DNA from: Yuukianura sp. NJ FZ-2021
Taxonomy: Eukaryota
Assembly (NCBI GenBank): GCA_046563655.1
Contig: CM102289.1
Coordinates: 682,001 to 746,000 of the forward strand
Length of the DNA stretch: 64,000 nucleotides
Reading direction: 5' to 3'
Part shown: piece by piece, positions 26,141 to 38,411 of the stretch
Numbering within the stretch: the stretch's first letter is position 1
Layout: the number at the start of each line of letters is the position of its first letter
Program-made: the position numbers and the translations under genes
Notes under the pieces: generated by a model
The model's input: the letters and a program-made list of their open reading frames with translations, nothing else
Told to the model about the DNA's origin: nothing
The model's database searches: none

Positions 26141-29100
26141 GCTGGAAAAGTGAATATACAGGTTTTGCTACATGATTTTTTCAGCTTTATTAAAGATTAA
26201 AGTTAAAATTTGAAACCAATGAGCAAATTGCAAAAATATATGCAACTTTGTCCCTCTTTTTTGGTATGGTAAAATGTGAGTGTGCACGTAGCTTAACTTT
26301 TGTATTTTAAGAAAAGAGAGAAACTTTGAGTGAGAGCCTGGAGTAAGGAGTGTGTAGACAAGGAAAATTGAAGTCGTTCAAAGGAGATCTCAAAACTGAA
26401 TCTAAAATGAAATGTTTAAAAGATCCTCTTTTTTTCTTCATCCCTGAAGATGTTTTAAAATGGAGATGATCTCCCTCCTTCTTCTTCAGCAGACGAAAAA
26501 TGTTAAGATTTTCGGTAGATACGGAATATCTCCAGAGCACAAAGTAACAAAGGGCCTCTTTTTGTTGCTCGTTGGGCGTTTTCTTATAATGAGCCCTTGA
26601 TAGATAGAATCCAGGACCCTCAAGGGCCCCGAGGTCACCAGAAGGCTCTCGGCCTTCCTAAAAGCTAAACAGTGATGGACATCATCCACTCCACTGCTCC
26701 AATCATCCAAAAATTTCATTTTTTCTTTCAAGTTTTCCCACCACAAACTAAAACTCACTCTTTTGGAAGCCAGCAATGTTGACATTAGATTATAAGACTA
26801 TGAGGGTAAACTAAACTTTGGAAGTGTTACTTTTAGTTCCTTTTGGATTAGAAAAGTGCCTCCAGAAATTTGAAAAAGTGCGGGAGATTATGAAATGGAA
26901 AAATGACACTTGACTTTATTGTGTTCTCTCCCCAACTAACGCTAACTTTTCCTAAAATTTTTTTGTAAGAAAAGAAAACAATTGCGGGAAATTGGAATTT
27001 TTTGCTTTGGGCTTTTGTTCTTTTGAAGTGGAGGGGCGAAGAAGCTAAGCTTATTTTGAGGAAAAATTTATCAAGTACCATTGGGAATTGGGTGTTTCCA
27101 TGACAACGGAGAGGGGCAGATGGATTTTCGATGTTTTCAGAAAATAGTGGACCACTTTGTACATTTTGGTTGTAGAAATTAGGTTTTTGGTTTCTTGGAG
27201 TGGATTTTCAAGGAATTGTTGTTACAGCTGTTTCGCTTCGTCATGTCCATTGGTTTGATTTTCGACTACTGACATACACATTAGTCTCTGGTGCATCATG
27301 TATGCCACATACACAACATACATGCAACATGTATGCAGCATACATAAATAGATATACAGTGGTGACCATGTGTCTGTCCACACAACTAAAAGTGAAAAAA
27401 CGACCAGACGCGTCCATTAGGCCGAACGTAAACAACGCTCCCCTTCTTCTCTCCGAATTTTCGGGGTTTCGGATTTCTCGAAATTTTGCACTTTACTGTA
27501 TTCTGACTTTCTGAAAACGAAAAACGAAAAGATATTTTTGTTTTTAGAATTTTCGAAATTTTTCCGTCTTGTCTTAGGTCAACATGCACTTTGTCAAGTT
27601 GGTTGTGTGAAGATTAAGCAATGTTGACCAAGGTTAAGGTTAAGAACAGAGTGTTTGTGTAAGATAAAACTAAAAGTTAAAGTTGATTTTTACTTTTTTT
27701 GAACGAATTTTTCAAAATTTCAAAAGTAAAACCTGTTTCCTTGTAAAGTTGAGTACATCATGTTCCAAATTTTTGAAAAGGAGTTTAGCCACGACACACG
27801 CCACAGAAGTGAAACGTCAAGTTCGATTGGCGGGTTTTCCAAAGGAATTCCAAATTGAAATAATGTCGAATCCATCTTATTCTCTTTTCAAAAACCAAAA
27901 TCCCGCTCTTTTTGATGTGTCAAAATGTCTCCTTTTGTCTCACTTCGCCCCAATCACTCCACCAGTTCAGATGTCGCTTCTCATCCAAACGTCTTTTCAA
28001 AAAAACGTCTTCTTAAAAAATGTCCTTTCTTATTTCAAAGATGAAAAACCAAATTTTTTTTTTTACTCAATTGAGGATTCCCGCCTTGTAATCTGGTTCA
28101 ATTCACAATGACAGTTTGACAGCACGGCCAAGAAGAGCAGCCACATCAATAGAATTCTTTTTCCAAAATGACAACTTTCTTTTTCCAATTTGCACCAAAA
28201 TTTTCAAAAAATTTCAATTCCACTACACGTTTTCATCATTCTCTTAAAAAAGATAAAAGAAATGTCTTTAACTTAAAGAAAATGTCCTCCTCAATCCCAT
28301 TTTCTAAAGAAAATTGCAAATTTTCTCTAAATTGTCATATTTTGCAGAATTCAACAAATTTCAAAAGGAGGAAAATTTCATCAACATTTTCATCAAAAAG
28401 GAAGAAAATTGTGTGAACCAAATGCAAATTAGAAGCCACGCGACCAAAAAAAAACTTTTTTTTTTTTTTGAAAAAGTGTCTTTCTCTGCACTTTTCCGTT
28501 CCAATATCCTTTGCACTCTTGCTCATGCGTATCTAATCGTCTAAACACTTTTCGTTTTTCCCGCTTTTTTCAACTTTTTGAACGATTCATCATTTTCTTC
28601 ATCTTCCTTCCTCATACTAAAAAGAACTAAGGTGTATGATATGAAAAAAGAGAAAAGAGGAAAAGCAAGTGAGGCGTGATGTTCTTCTTCCAAAGACAAT
28701 TTAAAATTTGAAGTGGCGGGAAGCGGAAGAGACCCGCCATTTTCAAATATCCCGCCCTCCGCTTTCTCCCGCAATTGAAATCCAATGAAGGAAATGCAAA
28801 ATCCAAAAGAGGGGAGACAGGAAAGAGTCTGTTTTTAAAGAAAGTGTTTCAAAAAACGCTTTTTTCAGACCAAAAAGTTCAAATTCGACTTTCCCAGGAG
28901 CTCATTATTTCCAAATCTTGTGTCGAAACCAAACGGCGCCCACTTTTAAACAAACAAGAGCTCAAAGAAAGCTTCTGTTGTTTCACAGATTCAAATCTTG
29001 CCGCTTTCGAGTGAGTCAGAGACAAAAGTCAAAGGTTTAAAAAAATAGGCGCCATTTTCAAAAAAAGTTTTAAAAAAACCTCAAAGAGTGGACTTTTGCT

Positions 29101-32100
29101 TTGACAAACTTAAGAAGCTTAACCTTTTTTGAACCAAATTTGGAAAACGCTGTTTAAAAACAGTTGCAAAGTGAAGGAAGCTTTTGTTCAAGTACAAACG
29201 GAAAATGTGCTGCTCCAGCACATTGATGTAATACTTGCCAGCACATCAGAGAAAGTACTTAGCCCCCCGTCAATTTCAAATTTATTTTCCCGCTCCAACT
29301 GTTATTAATTGTAGCTCATCATTTCGATTTAATCGAAACTCTGTTTCTGTCCATTGTTCTCAACTTCAATTTTTTTGCTACTGAAGATGAACAAGGCAGA
29401 TGAAAATGTACAGAGTGTTTCAAAATTAAACAGAAAATTGACACGGATCGTAGATTGTATTTTCCAAACAAATGACCGTCATTTTATGAACTCATAAATC
29501 ATTCACAAATGGATTTTATTACTAACTATATTTTTCAAATTGCTTAGTATACTAAACGTCATTCAAAAAACTAAAATTTTGAAACCCTTATAAAATGTCG
29601 AAACTTTTTGAATGTTATAGGGGCGGACACCTTGCTGTTGTAACATCCATGTCCAGCTGTCAGCCTTCCATGTGTCGCCATATAAAAATTAAGACCAATT
29701 ACTAACTTTGTGAAATAAAACGAACAACTTTAACAAGGTAAGCTCTAAAAACTGTTCAAATTCTTTTTCTAAATGAAATTTTGAAAGTCAAATTTTCAAA
29801 CTAGCACTCATAAAACCGGAATCAGTCGTTAGTCATCTAAAATGGTTTTGGAAACTTGTTGCACGTTTTCGAATGGAACTTTTGTGACCTCTTTTTTTCG
29901 TTTTCGACATTTTTCTTTTTTAAAAAACTGGCGCCCACGTCCAAACTTGTGACAAATGTCCACTTGTAGAGTTGGGCGTTGCCAAAAGTCTCTTGAAAGG
30001 ATTCTATTGTTAGCATTTGAACTTCAAACAATGAATTTGTGAGTAGCATAACAATGAGATGCGCATGACAGTGATGGGACACTGGACAAGCAAAAAATTT
30101 GAAAAACTGACTCTCAAAAGTGCCCATCTCTGAAACATCTTGTTCCTCGAGGACTTTTTCTGTGAGATGTCAATCAGATGCGCTCTTTTCAAACGAAAGA
30201 TGACAATAGCTTTTCAAAAGACGAAAAAGAACCATGTAATTTTCGAATTATGAAACCTAAAGACGGATTGGATCCACGAAGATAAGAAAAGAACAAAAAA
30301 AAGCGCGGAAGATTCAAAAAAAACTTTTTGTTTTCAAAGTCTTATCACTTTCACGCAGGCCCGCCTTAGTTCAAAGCCAAAGTCGGTTTTTCTTTGTCCA
30401 GCCACTTTCAATTAAGTTTTTTTTTCGGTCAGGAGACAATTTCCGCACTTTTCTTACAATTTCCCGCTTTTTTCAAAATCTAAAAAAAAACGCGGGAAGA
30501 ATAAAAGGTGGATGATGGAAAATGGACTTTTTAGGCACAGCAGTGCTTAGTGGAACCTCATCAATCTATATTTCGGGGATTGTGTCAAGGGAAGTAGGGA
30601 ATTTTCATGGATTTCCTTTTGTGGCGGGAACGAGATTTTTTGGCGGGAAAATTCAAACTAACATAACATTGGGCTGACACGGGAGAGATTTATTGTGCTT
30701 CTGTTCAATTCCATTTCCGTTCTTTATTATTGGTTTCATCAGACGAGAGTAAAAGCTTCCTCACCTTCACCATCACCACTCATCATCATTAATCCAAAAG
30801 AGTCTCACTTCACCCCAGTCAAGCAACCATAATGGAGCGTGACGCGCCGAGAGCGCGCTTTTCAAATCTTCATCTTTTGAGCATTAGCATCTTTCAACTT
30901 GACAAGGGAGGATCAGGCGAAGGCAAAAGAATTTGCCGGGAGAAATTCAAATTCAATAGATCCAGAACCTGGATCACAAAAAGTCATCTTCGGCTTCCAG
31001 AAAAAAAAGTGAAAGGAATGTGGCGCTAATTCGAGAGTCATGAAAATTCCAAAGAGATTAATTTTTTCAAAAAAAAAAGTTTTTGAAATTTTTCTATCTG
31101 AAATTTCACGCCCATCTACACCGTGTCCACATTTTTCTGAATAACCCGCCCTAAGTTACCCGGTTTTTCTAAGTTTTGTAAATTTTTCGCGATTTTTCTC
31201 AAAAATCTTCGCGATTTTTTGTCGTTTCTGTTTTTTTCCAAAACCCACAACATTTTTGAGGGGTTTTTAAATGTTTTTTGAATGTTAAATTTAAAAGCCG
31301 TTTAAAATTGTTGAAATTTGTTAAAATTGAGAACATGTGAACAAAGTTCAGATCTGCAGGCAGTTCACAAATCGTTCAAAAATCCAGAAAAAGTTTAGAA
31401 TTCAAAAAAAGAGGCATGCGGGACACATCTTTCATCTGTCCAAGCTCCCGCGTCGTTGTCTCATTTTCCCGCTGCATTGTTTTAAAACCTTCCAGGAAGG
31501 AAGATCGCAGTATAAAGTTGAATGTGGGCATGGAGAATCGTGTCTCAGCATGACTTTGGGATTAGATCAAATGCGGTAGGTACACTTGTGAGTTACTTTG
31601 GAAAATGTTTGGAGATGACATGGGCTCCGAGTGCCAAAACGACTCCTTCCCTATGCTAATGCACTGTTCAGTTATAAACTTCCAGCATAATTCCTAGCAT
31701 AGGTTATGTTTAAGGTTAACCTTTTCATGGTGGCCTCATTTGCTCCCATCCGAATCTTTAGAAAGAGACAGGAACCCGGGCGTTGGATTTCAGCCCGGGA
31801 GTCCCATTCAAATTTTCAAATTCTCCCGCTTTAATTGTACCCAACAGGCGGCTTAATGGGCTTCCTCTTCTCTAATTCCTACAACACACGGTGTGTCGCA
31901 ATCTGGCACGACTAATCATACGGAACAAAAAGCTTCCCTCTCAAAATCCAATGTAAAAAACACATACGTCTTTACACAATAACACAATACAATAAATACA
32001 ACACATACAATACACGCATACACGTACATCAATACGTGCACTAAATACACGCATTACACACTTTTTTACACAGTACAAAGTATTTGAAAGAAATTTGTAA

Positions 32101-33499
32101 AAAGTGAAACTGGAGACAGGACGAAGAAAAAAGTGAAGAATGGGAATACACAAGTATCGAAAGTTTCACATTATTTTAAGATCAGGTTTTTCGTTATTCA
32201 GGCTAGGTTTTTGATATGTTAAGGTTAGTTTTGTGTTATGTTAAGGTTAGTTTTTTGTTATGTTATGCTAGGTTAGTGTTTCGTCTTTTGTGCGAGGGCA
32301 TCCAGCGGATCCTAAATTGGTGGAAATGTATCGAATCCATAAATAAACAAGGGTGAAACACTTTTTATTCTGGAGGTGCGTGGAGAGGGGGACTTAAGGG
32401 CCTTCCTTAGAAAAAGAAGAAAGGACTCTCTCTTCCTGACTTATGTTTAGTGTAGCCTTTTCTTTTGTGTGCTGGAGTCCTTAATCCCTCGTGGCACAAT
32501 GAATGTCTCCGAGTTGTTCAGTTTCTTCTTCTCCATCTTGGAAAAACGGTGAATTGACTCAGTCGACCAGAAATCTCTACAGTTTACGAAACCATAAATT
32601 ACACAGCAGCGTCTGCGCCCGGCTACACTATGCAAGTAGAAGTCGAAATTTCTCGGGTTTTCCCCGAATTCTGAGGATTAGTCACTATTTTACGTGGGAG
32701 AAAATTACAGGGTTGGATAAGTTCTCTCTCCTTTGACTTTCACCTGGTGACGTCATCCGATGGCAATTTTTTGGCTAAATCTCCTGCTTAAAAGTTTCCA
32801 CCTTAAAAATTTTCGACAAAATTTTTAAAATTGAAATTTCTGGTAAACAAAAAATTTTTTAATTGAAAGATTGGAAATTTTGGTAAAAAAATAACTTTGA
32901 AATTGAAAATTTTGAACTCGGTACAGTGATGAGAGGTTGAAGATGAAGGTTGATGAGACATTTTGATGCTTAGCAGGTTTCAATACTTTTGAAGACTGAT
33001 GTTAAAATCGAAGTCTATCTCCTTGGTATCGGGGGATTGTCAGGGGTAAGAGGACTTGAGAAATAGTGGGGGGGGGGACTTGAAAAATGTTGAGGGTGGG
33101 GTGACTTGAGAAATAGTTGACATGTGCTTCTGAATTGAAGAATATGAGTCTAGTCTCCTTGCACAGATGGAGATGATCAGCCCCTCCATCCACTTTCTCA
33201 TCATTCAAGGCAAGGCGAATCTCCCAAAGTCCCACCAGACTCCAAGCTCCAAATGGATCCAATTTTTGAATGAGATTCCCACTTTTTCATTATACTTTGT
33301 GCAGGAGCTTACAAAAGTATATTACTGCAGAGAATAAGGGCGGTAGGATTCAAAAAGTAAGCCCACTCTTACAACACGTTTCGTCGTTAGGCTTTTTTAG
33401 TACACAGCTCCAAAAATCCATGATACAAAAGTAGCGAAGGCAAAACAAGAACTATCCGCCAGCACAAAAATTTGAAAAAGTAACTCCTGTCAACATGTA

Positions 33500-34066
33500 G
33501 TCCCTAAGAAATTTTCTCAAGGTCATTGACCTTTGACATTTGAAACCAGTTAGCCCTGTTTATGATTTTGTCGCTTGAAGGACCTAACTTGAGCTGTCGC
33601 TGTCAATTGTTAAAAGAAACAAAATGGCAGAAACACGGAACAAATACAATTTTATGAGCACCTTATTATGCTCAAGGTCATTTAGATCTTAAAACTAACA
33701 ATTATTTGTGATGACACTCTAGTCCATGAGAAGTGTTGACTTTGTCCACGCCAAAGTCAACGCTCTCCTAATGGGGTCTCCACACAAAGTCGACACACAC
33801 CCCGACCTTGACTTCTCACTTTTTTTATGAGTCCAGAATTTGCCTTGGTTGACTTTGTAAGTCAACTGAGGGCCAACCATAAACTCAACTAGAGCCACAA
33901 ACATTTTGTTATGATATAAGTATAGTGAAAAACTTGATTTTTAAAAAGTGAGGAAGCACTAGCAGTTAGATGATTAAAAAAAAAGATTTAAAAAGTGCGC
34001 TAAATTAAATTGTAAATCTGTGACAGACAGACAGGCAGACGGACAGTACGATTTCATTATGTAGGA
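33500..34066 (-). mobile_element. Helitron-like 5' end fragment; extent approximate
   Basis: Minus strand begins TCCTACATAATGAAATCG followed by (CTGT)n, resembling the Helitron-like 5' ends at 49141/50399; TGACC(T)TTGAC motifs further inside. Confidence 0.4.
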
Positions 34067-37045
34067 ATTTCCGGAGAACGGCAATATTTCTGCCTTTCCC
34101 ACGAAAGTGTGAGAGACACGATGATAGTTTCATCTTCCATTCTTATCTTGGTCCGCACTTTGTGTCATTTTTTTCTCGTCGTCCAAAATGTCGCCGTCGC
34201 TAATGTCGCTTTTTCTTCATCCTCCCGAAAAAAAAGTTGCAGTTCCTGCTCTCCTTGTAATTCCTTTTAACAAGATCCGCTCTCCGGTCATCGCTTCCAC
34301 CTTACGTCATTTATTTTTTTTTGTTCAATTTTTTCCTCCTATGCTGTCGCTTCCAGATTGAGTGAAATCCACTCTCCTACTCGACACGATCCACCAAAAA
34401 TCATCATCTCCTTTCTCCTCCCGCTTTTAAAGAGCGTTGTCACTGTCACTTTTTCAGACATGATTGATCATCTGACGACGTTTTTTTAAAACTCCCGCTT
34501 TTTTAAAAACTCACGTTCAGCTTTTCTTCACTTTCTTAAAAACAATAGAGGTCATTGACCTTCTGCCGTTGAGTGGAGCGGGGAACGGAAGCATCACACC
34601 TTGAAATGTGTTCAAACAGACCAAAAATCGACTTCGTTCTTCCATTCTTTAAGGAAGAAAGTGAAGAAAGGAGAAAAGAAAAGTTTTGAATTCTGCCGCC
34701 TTCTTCTTTTGTTTAAAAATGAGTCTTTTGTTGTAAAAAGAAAGTGCGCGGAAGAGTTTTCAATTCACAAGGAAAACGGAAACTACTGTGTGGAGAAAGG
34801 AGAGAAGTAGTTTCAACTTCCTCCTTTTCCAAGAGAACTTTTGATTATAAAATGTTATAATTTGGAGATCTATTTTTAGAAGGTCTATAGAAAAAAGTTT
34901 ATATAGTATAATACATTAATATAATATAATAATATAGTTTATATAATAAGACTTTAAGGAAGTTCCTAGAAGATGAGCTTTCTCTCCTGGTTCCACAATC
35001 CCCAGGAGTCTCTCTGCTTTCTCTTTTCTATCAAAAGTTTTGGGGCTCAAAAGAAGCTCAGAAAATTACTACTTTTTCAAATTTTCAAAATTAGATAAAC
35101 TTTTTTTCATTTTTAGTACTACTTTTTAGCAATTTGGGAAATTTTTAGTTGTGAGGCTATCAAAAACCACAAGATTTCGGTTAGACGCTGAAAGTTGAAA
35201 ATTAAATTTCAAAATTTTGTTGAGCCAGCACAGAAAAAAGTTTTTCAGTGGCGTTAATGAGCGTTTTAAAGAAGAATCAAAGCCTTCAACTTCAAAATAA
35301 TTATGAAAATAATGATGTCGTTTAAAAGATGAAGAAACTGAGATGAAAAGTTTGCAATTTAAGGAGATTTTTGAGTTTTCAAAAGATGGAGAGGGGATTA
35401 AGTCTGTTTTGAAATTTGGAAACTTTTGAATTTTGCCGCCATCTTGCTGTTTCATCTTTTGGAAAAGTTTGTTTTTGAAAAGGGCTTCCTGCCATTGAAA
35501 TCCTCCAACATTTTCTGTCTAATTAAGTTATGTGCTTTACCTTCGGTTTTGTCTGCCTCGCTGGCGGGAAAGTTTTCAAAACGTTTGGTTTCAAAATCTT
35601 GATTTTGAATTTGGAGAAACCGCGGGAGGATTTAAAATCCATTTTCGTCTTCTCCCGCTCTCTCGCTCTTCAAAATCTTCTTGTTAATTGCAACTTTTAT
35701 CTTGATTTGATTTTAATTTCTCAAGAAACTTAAGAACTTAAGCCTAAAAGATGAAAACTGCCTTCTCTTTTTAAAAAACAGCTTTTTTTAAAAGCTTTCT
35801 AAAAAAACGTGTTTAAAAAATGTCCTGCAGCGAAATGTTTCTGTTTGAACAAATTCTCTAATTGAGTTTTGTCTCTTACATTTTCCGTTTTTTAAAAAGT
35901 GTAAAATGGTAATTTTATTCCATGAGAAATGGCAAAAAGATAACATTTTCTTGCAGAAACAGCAAAGTACAAAAGTGGTTCATAACTCATGTCGTTTCTT
36001 TGTTCAAAATTCAAACTTTTCGCGCGCCAAAACTTTTAATAAGCTGTGCACATGGTCGGACTGTTTCTTATCAAGTTCAAAAAGTGGCGCCGTTCGTCAT
36101 TCTTTATCCTACTTTTATATTCATCTCTGGACCAAAACACAATAGCACTCTATTATAAGAAAAAGATGAAGGCATATGAAAAATGACCCACTAGTTGGTC
36201 AGAGATTACGGACTCCGTGACAACCGACGCAAAGCTGCGCACAACTCCAAAAGTAGAGTTGTGCGCAGGTTCTTTCCTTACTTTGTGCTGATGTCCAAAT
36301 AAGGTGCAGTTATCTGATTTATGGATCCGAATATTTCCCTATTTTTTCCACTTATAGATGCCAGAAAGGCGGAAATTTCAAATTCAAAATCCTGATTTAT
36401 TTTGTAATAGGAGGGAGCAACTGTGTTTTCTTTTTTCAAAATGGTCAACTTTCACTGCACTTTTTGATTTGAAAAATTTTGATTTATACCAAATTCGAAA
36501 ACGGTTCCCGCCAAAGCTACCAAAATTTACATTTCAAAATTCCCAAAATAAAACAAAACCAATTTGAATTAAAAATTTGAAAAAAGATCAAAAACAACAC
36601 AGATCCACTCTTAACCGACCACCTTAATGCACTCCTACCACTTTCCTACCACTTGCTCCACAACTCACAAACAAGTTTTAAAAAAAATGACTTTCAAATT
36701 CAACTTAGCTTGACGTCTAAAGAAAATCTTTTTTTTTTTTGAACCATTCAACATCAAAATTTGCGGGAAAAAATTTCAAATTTTGCCATCCACGAATCTC
36801 CGAGAGCAATTCTGAAACATCGTAGCTTTCGTGTTTCAGTTTTCTTTTTTCAGAAAGTACAAAATGCTCATTTTGAAAAACGCTTAAAAGGAAAAAGGAG
36901 AAAAACGATTTTCTAAAACTAGAAAACCGTTTTTTCTAAAAGTAGAAAATCGTTTTTTGAAAAAAGGAAGTGACATTGACAATTTATGAAAGTGACTTTG
37001 TATCTGGCGTTACCTGGCCGTTTGTTCCCAGAGTCTCAATCCAAT

Positions 37046-37430
37046 TGTTGTGAAGTAAACTCATTCTCCAGATTATGTTAATAATCTTTTGTTCTTTCTG
37101 CAAACTATCTGTTTTGCACATATAATCCAGTTAGAACTAGTTCTCTAAGTTAAAAATAGATTTTTAACTGTTAGTCTTTTGTTCTGTTCAAATGTAAGCT
37201 ACATTTCAATTTACATCCAAGCATTACGGCACGTGTCAGAGGCCTATAAAAAGGCTCGGCCGTGACCTCCAGACTTCACTTCTAATCCCAAACTAAAACT
37301 TACCAGAACTCTGTCCGTTCTGCGAACGGACCAGAGGTCAACAACCTAACTTTCTGAAAATAAAGTTATACTCTACTTTACTCTGCAATTTGCGAGTCTC
37401 AGCTAGCAGAAAACGATCATTTTCAGAACA
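37046..37430 (+). repeat. 5' LTR (385 bp)
   Basis: TG...CA, TATAAAA at ~37245, AATAAA at ~37359; direct repeat of 42894-43276. Confidence 0.97.
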
Positions 37431-37450
37431 TTGGTGGACGAGCTAAAACG

Positions 37451-38368
37451 ATGACCTCGACCTCCACTTCTATGAATGCTATAACTGAAACAAAACCCAC
37501 CGGGTCCGCTTCGGCGTCGACCAAGGGTTTTGACCTTAAGGCGGTGGTCCGCTCGATCCCTCCGTTTGACGGAAGGACGAACGTTGACCTGTTGACCCTG
37601 AGGTGTGATGCATTATTGGCATCAGGTGCTGTGGATAGCAATTCGCTGATCCTGCACTTCCATCAATTGATGGAAGGCGAAGCACTGGAATGGTGGCGTT
37701 GGTCACAGACCAAAATTCTAAGGGGATTGACCCCTGCCAATGCAGATACAAAATGGAATGAACTAAAATATGCAATTAGGTCATTCTATGACCCCGAAAA
37801 CGTCAAAAATGACGCGAAAAAGAAACTCAAATCCATTTTGTTTCAAAACTGTGACTCACCATCCGAGTACGTTGCTAAACGTTTGGCATGCCTCTCGATT
37901 ATTGACCCTGACATGTCAGACGAGAAGCAAGTTGAAAAACTCATCAAGGGCTTACCTTATAGCATGCGAAACATGATGACATTAGTTGACCCACAAAGTC
38001 CAGCTGAATTTTTGCAGAAAATTCGCAAATGCGAAAAACCAAACTTCACTGACAAAAGAGGTCAAAGTCAAGGTCAAACTCCTGGTCAAAGTCAAAATGC
38101 ACAATACAAAAACAAATCACATGCAAATTCTGGACAGCAATTAGACAATGGTAATTCCACAAACACAAAAGATTCCACTGTCACTGGAACTTCAGAAACT
38201 GAAGTTGACAAACAGTCCAGTTTTCGCAAACGCAAATTTTGCAGTTTTTGCAAACGAAATGGACACACACTAGAAGAATGCTACTCTAAAAATAGAGTCA
38301 AAACTGTTAGTGCTTCTTTCAGTTCTGTTGACACAGAACAAACAGAAAATGTAAATACAAAAAACTAA
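37451..38368 (+). CDS. gag: Gag (305 aa) with CCHC zinc knuckle
   Basis: IPPFDG, MEGEALEWW, LIKGLP capsid-like motifs; CSFCKRNGHTLEEC. Confidence 0.92.
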   Translation: MTSTSTSMNAITETKPTGSASASTKGFDLKAVVRSIPPFDGRTNVDLLTLRCDALLASGAVDSNSLILHFHQLMEGEALEWWRWSQTKILRGLTPANADTKWNELKYAIRSFYDPENVKNDAKKKLKSILFQNCDSPSEYVAKRLACLSIIDPDMSDEKQVEKLIKGLPYSMRNMMTLVDPQSPAEFLQKIRKCEKPNFTDKRGQSQGQTPGQSQNAQYKNKSHANSGQQLDNGNSTNTKDSTVTGTSETEVDKQSSFRKRKFCSFCKRNGHTLEECYSKNRVKTVSASFSSVDTEQTENVNTKN

Positions 38369-38411
38369 AAACACCGGGTGTATACGCTCACCCTATAGCA
38401 AAATCAGCGTA
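38359..38411 (+). promoter_or_regulatory. Programmed -1 ribosomal frameshift signal
   Basis: A AAA AAC heptamer immediately before the gag TAA; downstream GGGTG/CACCC and TACGCT/AGCGTA stems form an H-type pseudoknot; the -1 frame is open into the protease. Confidence 0.82.

Noticed and set aside
29409..29592. Possible mariner-type MITE (TACAGAGTGTTTCAAAA...TTTTGAAACCCTTATA)
   Set aside because: TIR match is too short and degenerate to call.
15140..36567. Numerous 60-140-aa F/K/L-rich ORFs
   Set aside because: Expected from An/Tn-rich non-coding DNA; many use non-ATG starts and none shows domain motifs.
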